NCBI GenBank assembly: GCA_035438805.1
Contig: DAORJA010000001.1
Location: 1 to 44,256, forward strand
DNA length: 44,256 nucleotides
Source: Candidatus Magasanikiibacteriota bacterium
GTDB taxonomy: Bacteria > Patescibacteriota > Patescibacteriia > Magasanikbacterales > UBA922
Reading direction: 5' to 3'
Below, in pieces: positions 20,285 to 27,461 of this stretch (position 1 is its first letter; each line of letters opens with the position of its first letter). Both the position numbers and the translations under genes were made by a program. Under the pieces are notes generated by a model, which worked only from the letters and a program-made list of their open reading frames with translations, ran no database searches and was not told the DNA's origin.

Positions 20285-20990
20285 AAGAATTGAAAAAGCC
20301 CTCAAACGAGCAGGTAACCCTGAAAAAGCCGTATTTCTCAAACGGTTTTTTAAAACTGGAAAAGGACAATATGGCTACGGAGATGAATTCATTGGAGTGA
20401 CGGTGCCGGTACAGCGCTCGATTGCTCGGATGTACATTGATACACCCGAAACCGCACTCTCCTTTCTCCTAGCTAGCAAGATTCATGAATATCGTTTGAC
20501 CGCACTCATTATTCTTGTGTACCAATTCAATCGTGCAAATCCTCTCGTTCGCAAAAAAATATATAATTATTATCTTTCAAAAACGCCACGGATCAATAAT
20601 TGGGATTTGGTCGATGCCTCTGCTCGAGATATTGTCGGCGAATATCTCCTCGATCACCCCATACAAAAAACTATATTATACAAACTCGTGAAATCAGAAA
20701 ACCTGTGGGAGCGGCGTATTGCGATTGTCGCTACCTGGTCATTTATTCGAAAGAATCAATTTGAAGACACGCTCAAACTATCGCAACTCTTGTTGAAGGA
20801 CACCCAGGACCTTATACACAAAGCTGTTGGTTGGATGCTCCGAGAAGTTGGAAAACGAGACCGCTTGGTCCTAAGTAATTTCCTTGATGCGCACGCACCT
20901 GAAATGCCCCGAACCTCTCTTCGCTATGCCATTGAACATACCACCCAAAAAGAGCGACTTCGCTATATGAATATGAGGCGTGAGGCTTGA
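20256..20990 (+). CDS. DNA alkylation repair protein (AlkD-like HEAT-repeat glycosylase family)
   Basis: ORF 20220..20990, likely start MSTTEHIAYK at 20256, overlapping the GT2 end by 29 nt. FLKRFFKTGKGQYGYGDEFIGVTVPVQR and HKAVGWMLREVGKRD match the family pattern. Confidence 0.75.
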   Translation: MSTTEHIAYKRIEKALKRAGNPEKAVFLKRFFKTGKGQYGYGDEFIGVTVPVQRSIARMYIDTPETALSFLLASKIHEYRLTALIILVYQFNRANPLVRKKIYNYYLSKTPRINNWDLVDASARDIVGEYLLDHPIQKTILYKLVKSENLWERRIAIVATWSFIRKNQFEDTLKLSQLLLKDTQDLIHKAVGWMLREVGKRDRLVLSNFLDAHAPEMPRTSLRYAIEHTTQKERLRYMNMRREA

Positions 20991-21178
20991 TTTCTTGGAA
21001 TATCCATGCTATAGTATTTATGTGTAGGTTTTATAGAACTTTCGTCTAATAAAGGTACCGACTAATGCGCATGTGCGGCGCCGCTCGACTAAGAGCTTGG
21101 GGATCAATCGACGAGAACATGAACCTTACAATGTATTACTCATTTCCTCATTCAGAGGAAGCAAAGAAATTGTAAATT

Positions 21179-21457
21179 ATGTCAAAACAGCTCTACGTTG
21201 GCGGACTGCCATACTCTAGTACTGAAGATTCAGTACGCGCTGCTTTCGAGCAGGCTGGTGCAGTTAGCTCAGTAAAGATCATGACCGATAAGTTTACCGG
21301 TCGATCACGAGGATTCGGATTTGTGGAAATGGCTGACGAAGCCGGTGCCGCTGCCGCAATCGAAATGTGGGATGATAAGGAATTTGAAGGACGACGCCTC
21401 AAAGTTAACGAAGCTCGACCACTCGAAGACCGCCCACCTCGCCGAAACGATCGCTAA
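21179..21457 (+). CDS. RRM-type RNA-binding protein
   Basis: RNP2 LYVGGL and RNP1 RGFGFVEM, with a short Arg-rich tail. Confidence 0.9.
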   Translation: MSKQLYVGGLPYSSTEDSVRAAFEQAGAVSSVKIMTDKFTGRSRGFGFVEMADEAGAAAAIEMWDDKEFEGRRLKVNEARPLEDRPPRRNDR

Positions 21458-21550
21458 AAGCGAGACGAAAGACAGGTACGCACAGCCTGTTTTTTTGTTG
21501 TTAAAAATTCCCTTACTTGCTAGAATAACCTCTGATCTAATTTACCTACT

Positions 21551-22336
21551 ATGCCCATATCTATTATCTCATGGAACGTCAATGGAATCAGAGCTGCGGT
21601 CAAGAAGGGTTTTACAACGTTTTTAACCAAACAAAAGCCAGATATTCTTGGAATTCAAGAAGTAAAGATTTCCGACTTGGCGCGTGAGCAGGAAGAATTT
21701 GACTTTGCCAAATACAAAGAATATTGGAATTCCGCTGAAAGACCCGGGTACTCCGGGACCATGACCTTGGTAAATGAGGAGAAAAATGGCGCACTCAAAG
21801 TATTGTCTCACGAAGTTGGAATCGGCAAAAAAGAATTTGATTTTGAAGGACGAGTCCATACCCTCGAATTTTCCAAATTTTATTTTATCAATATCTATTT
21901 TCCGAATGCGAAGCCTGACTTATCCCGCATTCCTTTTAAACAGGAATTTAATGCCATGGTTTTGAAAAAAGTAAAAAAACTAGAAAAGAAAAAACCTGTA
22001 ATTGTCGTTGGTGATTATAATGTAGCTCATAATGAAATTGATCTTGCGCGCCCTGACAGCAACCACAAAACTCATGGATTTACCGATGAGGAACGACAAG
22101 ACATGACCAACTTTATTGAGAGTGGACTTGTTGATACTTTCCGAACTCTTCATCCAGAAAAAGTACAGTATAGCTGGTGGAGTCCGATGGCTGGAGCGCG
22201 TGTCCGAAATGTGGGTTGGCGTATTGATTATGTATTGGTAAGCAAAGTTCTTCAAAAGAAAGTGAAAAGTGCGTTTATTCTGGATCAGGTATATGGGTCG
22301 GATCATTGTCCGGTTGGTATAGAAATAGATTTATAA
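21551..22336 (+). CDS. xth: Exodeoxyribonuclease III (AP endonuclease)
   Basis: ISWNVNGIRA, GDYNVAHNEIDL, WRIDYVLVS and GSDHCPV motifs. Confidence 0.93.
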   Translation: MPISIISWNVNGIRAAVKKGFTTFLTKQKPDILGIQEVKISDLAREQEEFDFAKYKEYWNSAERPGYSGTMTLVNEEKNGALKVLSHEVGIGKKEFDFEGRVHTLEFSKFYFINIYFPNAKPDLSRIPFKQEFNAMVLKKVKKLEKKKPVIVVGDYNVAHNEIDLARPDSNHKTHGFTDEERQDMTNFIESGLVDTFRTLHPEKVQYSWWSPMAGARVRNVGWRIDYVLVSKVLQKKVKSAFILDQVYGSDHCPVGIEIDL

Positions 22337-22390
22337 AAAGTAAAAGCGAAAAAGTAAAAAGTTAAAACAAAAATACACATTCAGATTCTT

Positions 22391-23218
22391 ATGAAATCCG
22401 TCCTTTCAAAAAAACAAGTTTCTACTTTTCAAAAAAAAGTGTACGATTACTACAATAAAAACAAGCGTGACTTCCCGTGGCGGAAAGGAATCACCCCATA
22501 CAAAATTGTAGTTTCTGAAATCATGTTGCAACAAACACAGGCGCCACGTGTTATTGAAAAATTTAAGCTTTTTATTAAAACATTTCCTAATTTTGAAGCA
22601 TTAGCCAAAGCTCCTTTTAAAGACATCCTCGTGGTGTGGCAGGGGCTTGGATATAATCGACGCGCACTAGGACTCAAAAAACTTGCTGAAATTGTTGTTA
22701 CAGAACATGCAGGCAAACTCCCCAAAACTCCGGAGAAACTTGTCGGACTTCCCTGGATTGGTCCCCATACTGCCGGATCAATCGCGGCCTACGCATATAA
22801 TTATCCGAGTGTTTTTATTGAAACAAATATACGGAGTGTTTGTATACACGAATTTTTTCCTAATAAAACTGAAGTCACTGATAAGCAATTAGAGCCCTAT
22901 GTGGAAGCAGTACTAGACACAGAGAACCCGAGAGAATGGTACAACGCGCTCATGGATTACGGCACATGGTTGAAAGAAGCAAACAAAAACCCAAGTCGCA
23001 GAAGCAAACACTATTCAAAACAAAGTAAATTTGAAGGTTCAAATAGAAAACTTCGTGGTATGATTCTCCGTGAATTATCACAAGGACATGCAACATTTGA
23101 TACTCTCTCTGATCTATATCTCGAGGAATATGATGAATCTCAGGTGCGGGAAGCATTATCCACACTTACCAAAGAAGGGCTGATAACGAAACAAAAATAT
23201 ACTTTCTCAATTGCATAA
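22391..23218 (+). CDS. Divergent HhH-GPD DNA glycosylase, MutY-like N-terminal domain, without Fe-S cluster or NUDIX-like domain
   Basis: FPWRKGITPYKIVVSEIMLQQTQAPRV and LPWIGPHTAGSIAAYAY are MutY-like. The whole protein contains a single Cys. The C-terminal 70 aa look like a winged helix rather than the MutY C-terminal domain. Confidence 0.7.
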   Translation: MKSVLSKKQVSTFQKKVYDYYNKNKRDFPWRKGITPYKIVVSEIMLQQTQAPRVIEKFKLFIKTFPNFEALAKAPFKDILVVWQGLGYNRRALGLKKLAEIVVTEHAGKLPKTPEKLVGLPWIGPHTAGSIAAYAYNYPSVFIETNIRSVCIHEFFPNKTEVTDKQLEPYVEAVLDTENPREWYNALMDYGTWLKEANKNPSRRSKHYSKQSKFEGSNRKLRGMILRELSQGHATFDTLSDLYLEEYDESQVREALSTLTKEGLITKQKYTFSIA

Positions 23219-23221
23219 TCG

Positions 23222-23251
23222 TTGACAGTACCTGTGTTGGTGCTGTATATA
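23222..23251 (+). promoter_or_regulatory. Sigma70-type promoter of the small GC-rich gene
   Basis: TTGACA (23222..23227), a 17-18-nt spacer, then GTATAT/TATATA (23245..23251). Followed by the SD GGAGGAG at 23271..23277. Confidence 0.5.
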
Positions 23252-23283
23252 TTGTATAGCCCTTTGCTTTGGAGGAGTTCTAC

Positions 23284-23496
23284 ATGCACCCGGCGTCAAA
23301 ATTCACCGCTCTCACCAGCATACTGTCCACGATACTCTTCGTAGCTGGCGTCACGATCATCGCAACGATGTTCTACCTCGACAACACGAGCGATCAGTGG
23401 CCGAAGACCAATACTGACCACATCTTCCTCTCGGGAGTTCTGTGCTTCGTAGTAGCCCTTCTCATCGCGCCATCTCCCAAACGCCACCGCTGGTGA
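23284..23496 (+). CDS. Small (70 aa) two-TM protein with basic C-terminus, GC-rich and SD-preceded; unknown function
   Basis: ORF 23269..23496. The ATG at 23284 lies 6 nt after GGAGGAG. The protein is MHPASKFTALTSILSTILFVAGVTIIATMFYLD...GVLCFVVALLIAPSPKRHRW. My hand count of the first 100 nt gives about 53% G+C. Confidence 0.6.
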   Translation: MHPASKFTALTSILSTILFVAGVTIIATMFYLDNTSDQWPKTNTDHIFLSGVLCFVVALLIAPSPKRHRW

Positions 23497-23512
23497 CGTT
23501 ACCAACAGAAAA

Positions 23513-23544
23513 GCCCGGACAGGAGGTCCGGGCATTGCTTTTTT
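23513..23544. terminator. Bidirectional intrinsic terminator between the small gene and the VIT1 gene
   Basis: GCCCGGAC-aggag-GTCCGGGC, with a T-run downstream on the + strand (23539..23544) and TTTTCTGTT downstream on the - strand. Confidence 0.7.
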
Positions 23545-23550
23545 AATATC

Positions 23551-24273
23551 TTATTTCTTCAACCACCATGTATCTACCGCTTGTCCTACAAAATACCCAA
23601 TCGCCGCTGCACCACTTGCGAGTGCGAGCATCTCGAGACCTGCTTTCCACCAACTGCGCTTGGTAAACCGCGTAGTTACTACTCCTAGAGTAAACAGACC
23701 AATGAGTGTGATTACAATTGATAGTGGAATTGCTTTTTCAACAGGCAATACTAGATATGGTGTTAAGGGAATTGCACCTCCAATAATATATGAGATGAGC
23801 ATCGCAAATCCATTGCGAATAGGACTTCCCATTCCCTCAGGAATAACCTCAAGTTCCCGAAATGACATTTCTTTGAGCATTATCGCTGGATTAGCTTTTG
23901 CCGCATCTGCCATACGCTCTGCCAAATCTTTGGGCCACCCATCTTTCAGGTACATATCACGAAGCTCTTCCCGTTCTTCTTCGGGATGATTTTTTATCTC
24001 TTCTTTCTCCTCAAAAATTTTTCGCTCATCAATTTCACGTTCTGATTTGTTTGATAAATATGAACCTACGCCCATTGAGATTGATTCAACTGAGATAATA
24101 ACCAATCCTGCAAGCACAGTCGTAAACGGATCTTGAGTTGCCGCAGCAATACCTGTGACTGAGCCTAGAGTCGATACCATACCATCTTCCATTCCAAAGA
24201 CGATTTCCCGTATCATAGACGCACTCCCAGGGTTGCTATGATGGATATACTCCTTGTTGTATTCGATAGCCAT
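23551..24273 (-). CDS. VIT1/CCC1-family iron/manganese transporter
   Basis: REIVFGMEDGMVSTLGSVTGIAAAT, a central acidic cytoplasmic helix region (EKEEIKNHPEEEREELRD) and C-terminal TM helices. Confidence 0.8.
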   Translation of the reverse strand: MAIEYNKEYIHHSNPGSASMIREIVFGMEDGMVSTLGSVTGIAAATQDPFTTVLAGLVIISVESISMGVGSYLSNKSEREIDERKIFEEKEEIKNHPEEEREELRDMYLKDGWPKDLAERMADAAKANPAIMLKEMSFRELEVIPEGMGSPIRNGFAMLISYIIGGAIPLTPYLVLPVEKAIPLSIVITLIGLFTLGVVTTRFTKRSWWKAGLEMLALASGAAAIGYFVGQAVDTWWLKK

Positions 24274-24332
24274 AGACTTGATTTTTATGATTTCTATCTG
24301 TAGTATAGGAGAACTCTAGCGATAAATCAACT

Positions 24333-24971
24333 ATGCAGCCCCTATACCATAAGCGAGCAAACATAGTTTTACGCGAGCTTAAGAAATTATTTCCTGCGTC
24401 AAAAACTATTCTTGAATTTGGGAATCATGTTGAATTGCTTTTCGCAGTCATGTTGTCTGCGCAGACTACGGACAAACAGGTAAATGTGGTCACACGAAAG
24501 CTATTCAAGAAATATCCCAAACTAAAAGATTATGTAGAAGCATTAGACAATGATTTTACGACAGACGTTTCATCCGTAAATTACTATCGGACCAAGGCAA
24601 AACACATACTCGCAACTGCAAGAAAGCTTCACCTGGATTTCAAAGGAAAGCTACCAAAAACAGTGGAAGAAATGATGTCTTTCCCTGGGGTCGGACGAAA
24701 AACTGCATTAGTAGTATTGGGAAATGCACATAATATTGTTGAAGGAATTGCCGTTGATACTCATGTGCAGCGACTATCAAAAGCTTTGAAACTTACCAAA
24801 CACACGGTTCCTGAAAAGATTGAAAAAGATTTGAAAGAATTATTTCCGAAAAGTGAATGGTTTCAATTAACCAATAGACTCATTGATTACGGCCGCATGT
24901 ATTGTCCTGCACGATGCACGCATACGAATTGTCCGATTATACAGATACTAATAAAGAAAGAATTATATTAA
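24333..24971 (+). CDS. nth: Endonuclease III family DNA glycosylase/AP lyase
   Basis: The HhH motif FPGVGRKTALVVLG carries the catalytic Lys, and IAVDTHV carries the catalytic Asp. The C-terminal Cys region is non-canonical (CPARCTHTNC, only three Cys). Confidence 0.88.
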   Translation: MQPLYHKRANIVLRELKKLFPASKTILEFGNHVELLFAVMLSAQTTDKQVNVVTRKLFKKYPKLKDYVEALDNDFTTDVSSVNYYRTKAKHILATARKLHLDFKGKLPKTVEEMMSFPGVGRKTALVVLGNAHNIVEGIAVDTHVQRLSKALKLTKHTVPEKIEKDLKELFPKSEWFQLTNRLIDYGRMYCPARCTHTNCPIIQILIKKELY

Positions 24972-24974
24972 TCT

Positions 24975-26252
24975 ATGCAACAAGTAACGATTGAAAAACT
25001 CATATTCGGTGGACAAGGATTTGCTCGTGTGGACGGTGTTGTGTATTTTATTTGGAATGCGTTGCCTGGCGAAACTGTAGAAATTGAAGTTTTGAAAAAG
25101 AAAAAAGAATATATCGAAGCAGTAGCTACAAAAATAATTACTCCATCGCCCTTTCGTGTAGAGCCCAAAGACGCACACTTCCTCTCGACCAGTCCCTGGC
25201 AGATCATGAGTTATGAAAAAGAAAATGAATGGAAAAAAGAGATTGCGATTGAAGTGTATAAACGTATTGGAAAAGGCGCGTTTGCCGACGTCTCTCCAGA
25301 ACTCGTATTTGATCCAGAAAAATATTATAGCTATCGAAATAAGATGGAATTCAGCTTTGCAGTAGATAAAACTGGACGCACGTGTCTCGGATTTTTTGAG
25401 CGCGGCAAAAAAGTACGATTTGCGGTAGAGGGTTCTGAGCTTGCTGACACTGCAATTAATGAAACATCAGCCTACATTCTCGCCTGGGTACGGAAGCATC
25501 ATATTCCTATGCGAAGCCTCAAAAGTCTCATGGTCAGAAGCGATGGTAATGGAAAAACTATTGCAGCATTATTTATCAAAGACCGAATGGATTTTCCAGA
25601 TTATCCAGAACTCAATGACCAAATGATTGGGTTCCAATTATATTATTCTACCCACAAATCCCCTGCTTCAGTCCCGACAGACACGCTCTATACCAAGGGA
25701 CAGGATTATATTATCGTTACTCTTCGAGATATTGAATTCAAAGTTGGGCTCCTCAGTTTTTTCCAGGTACATCTACCGGTGTTTGAAAAAGCATTGGATG
25801 ATATTTACGAATATATTCCAAAAAAATCTAATCTGCTTGATCTCTATTCTGGGGTTGGATCAATTGGATTACCCGTTCACAAACGCGCAAAAGAATTAAC
25901 GCTCGTAGATAATAATACTGAAGCAATTCAGTATGCGACAGAGAATATTGAGCTTAATAACATAAAAAATGCGACTGCGATCTGCAAACCGACTGAAGAT
26001 ATTATTTCACTCATCACATCGGACGCAATTGTGATTCTTGATCCACCACGTGTCGGACTCCATCATCGAGTAGTGGAGCGAATATTGGAAACAAAACCAA
26101 AAACAATTATTTATTTGTCCTGTGATCTCTCGACTCAGGCACGAGATATTTCTCTCCTTCACCCTACCTACAACATCACCTTTTCTCGTCTCTACAATTT
26201 CTTCCCACGAACACCGCATATTGAGGGATTGTGTGTGCTCACACTTGTATAA
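24975..26252 (+). CDS. TRAM-domain RNA (uracil-5)-methyltransferase, RlmD/RumA/TrmA family
   Basis: N-terminal TRAM-like region (VTIEKLIFGGQGFARVDG...GETVEIEV), SAM-binding LLDLYSGVGSIGL, the DPPR motif (ILDPPRVGL) and the nucleophile motif YLSCD. The RumA Fe-S cysteines are absent. Confidence 0.85.
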   Translation: MQQVTIEKLIFGGQGFARVDGVVYFIWNALPGETVEIEVLKKKKEYIEAVATKIITPSPFRVEPKDAHFLSTSPWQIMSYEKENEWKKEIAIEVYKRIGKGAFADVSPELVFDPEKYYSYRNKMEFSFAVDKTGRTCLGFFERGKKVRFAVEGSELADTAINETSAYILAWVRKHHIPMRSLKSLMVRSDGNGKTIAALFIKDRMDFPDYPELNDQMIGFQLYYSTHKSPASVPTDTLYTKGQDYIIVTLRDIEFKVGLLSFFQVHLPVFEKALDDIYEYIPKKSNLLDLYSGVGSIGLPVHKRAKELTLVDNNTEAIQYATENIELNNIKNATAICKPTEDIISLITSDAIVILDPPRVGLHHRVVERILETKPKTIIYLSCDLSTQARDISLLHPTYNITFSRLYNFFPRTPHIEGLCVLTLV

Positions 26253-26261
26253 AAAATACGC

Positions 26262-26300
26262 AAACAAAAAACCAGGCTGACGAAGCACTGGTTTTTTGTT
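26262..26300 (+). terminator. Intrinsic terminator, copy 1 of a duplicated 38-39-nt element
   Basis: AAACAAAAAACCAGGCTGACGAAGCACTGGTTTTTTGTT. The stem is CCAG...CTGG, extended by flanking A/T runs. Confidence 0.75.
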
Positions 26301-26368
26301 GTCATTATGATATTGTAAAAAATCAATTTTATCTCTATACTAGCACAATATTCTAATAAGAATTCCGT

Positions 26369-27328
26369 ATGATTCTGTCTATTTTCCTCCTACTTGTCGG
26401 CCTCGGCATTCTCATCGTTGGCGGTGAATCACTCGTTCGTGGAGCCTCGTCTATCGCCAAACGTCTGAAAGTTGCGCCTATCGTCATCGGTCTCACCATT
26501 GTTGCCTTTGGTACTTCTGCCCCTGAGCTTGCCGTGAATTTGTTCTCAGCATTCCAAGGATCAACTGATATTGCGATTGGAAACATAATCGGAAGCAATA
26601 TAGCAAATATTCTTCTGATTCTTGGAATCTGTGCCATGATGCGCACCATACGTGTACAAAAAAATACCGTGTGGAAAGAAATTCCATTGGCACTCCTCGC
26701 CGTATTACTCGTGTTTGTGATGGCCCACGACCGCATACTCGATGGCGGCACGACCGATGCACTCACTCGCACCGACGGTCTCGCGCTCATGGGAATTTTT
26801 GCGATCTTCCTATATTACACATTCGGCATTGCAAAAGTGAGCGGTGAAGCTGACAAAGACGAGGTAAAACTGTATTCGACACCTATTTCGACTCTACTAA
26901 TTATTGGAGGGCTCGCTGGTCTCGTATTTGGTGGAAAAATCCTGGTCGACAATGCGATTGTACTCGCGCAATTGGCTGGCATGTCTGAAGCTCTCATTGG
27001 TCTCACTATTGTCGCAGTCGGCACCTCGCTTCCCGAGCTCGTAACCTCGATCATTGCCGTACGTCATGGACAGGATGATCTCGCAGTTGGAAATATTGTG
27101 GGGTCAAATATTTTTAATATTCTCTGGATACTCGGACTCACCGCTTCCATCCTCCCGCTCCCCATCTCTCCTGCCGGACAGATCGATGTACTAGTGAATA
27201 TTGGCGCGACCCTGCTTCTCTTCTTCTTTATGTTTATTGGAACAAAACATCGCCTCAACCGCTGGCAGGGACTCATGTTTGTACTCATCTATGTCGGGTA
27301 TGTAGGGTATCTAGTGATGCGAGGATAA
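26369..27328 (+). CDS. Ca2+/Na+ antiporter (CaCA family, YrbG-like)
   Basis: Two alpha-repeats: GESLVRGASSIAKRLKVAPIVIGLTIVAFGTSAPELAVN and GLTIVAVGTSLPELVTSI, each followed by GNI(I/V)GSNI. My hand count of the first 100 nt gives about 51% G+C. Confidence 0.9.
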   Translation: MILSIFLLLVGLGILIVGGESLVRGASSIAKRLKVAPIVIGLTIVAFGTSAPELAVNLFSAFQGSTDIAIGNIIGSNIANILLILGICAMMRTIRVQKNTVWKEIPLALLAVLLVFVMAHDRILDGGTTDALTRTDGLALMGIFAIFLYYTFGIAKVSGEADKDEVKLYSTPISTLLIIGGLAGLVFGGKILVDNAIVLAQLAGMSEALIGLTIVAVGTSLPELVTSIIAVRHGQDDLAVGNIVGSNIFNILWILGLTASILPLPISPAGQIDVLVNIGATLLLFFFMFIGTKHRLNRWQGLMFVLIYVGYVGYLVMRG

Positions 27329-27341
27329 TATAAATTTTTAT

Positions 27342-27379
27342 AAACAAAAAACCAGGCTGACGAAGCTTGGTTTTTTGTT
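27342..27379. terminator. Bidirectional intrinsic terminator, copy 2 of the duplicated element, shared by CaCA (+) and the radical SAM gene (-)
   Basis: AAACAAAAAACCAGGCTGACGAAGCTTGGTTTTTTGTT. The first 25 nt are identical to copy 1, and A- and T-runs flank the stem. Confidence 0.75.
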
Positions 27380-27381
27380 TT

Positions 27382-27415
27382 ATTTGCTAGCAAATTAAGA
27401 TTTGTGAGCAAATTA
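27382..27415. repeat. Tandem pair of 16-nt palindromic motifs
   Basis: ATTTGCTAGCAAATTA (27382..27397; the core ATTTGCTAGCAAAT is a perfect palindrome), then AG, then ATTTGTGAGCAAATTA (27400..27415). Confidence 0.8.
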
Positions 27416-27461
27416 TGAGCCAGTGTTTAACGTGTCGGCGGCACGGGGCGCTGTAAAACAG

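Noticed and set aside
21321-21626. 101-aa plus-strand ORF bridging the RRM gene and xth
   Set aside because: It is an alternative frame overlapping two confident genes, with no independent signals.
22336-22380. A-tract-rich spacer (AAAAGTAAAAGCGAAAAAGTAAAAAGTTAAAACAAAAA) after xth, considered as a curved-DNA or repeat element
   Set aside because: The spacing of the A-tracts is about 6-7 nt, not helical-phase. It is most simply AT-rich intergenic DNA upstream of the next promoter.
26353-26790. 145-aa minus-strand ORF inside the CaCA gene, and similar antisense ORFs at 26815..27054, 27064..27288 and 27708..28103
   Set aside because: These are antisense open frames typical of GC3-rich genes. 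The sense frames carry unmistakable family motifs.
27415-27456. 13-codon mini-ORF MSQCLTCRRHGAL next to the radical SAM gene, considered as a RiPP precursor
   Set aside because: It lies on the strand opposite the radical SAM gene and convergent with it. It has no SD or promoter, overlaps the tandem palindrome, and is short enough to arise by chance in GC-rich sequence.
27380-27461. Integron attC-like site (GTTAAAC core-like heptamer) downstream of the radical SAM gene
   Set aside because: Only a degenerate 7-mer matches. There is no inverse core, no attC-type imperfect hairpin and no integron integrase in the window.
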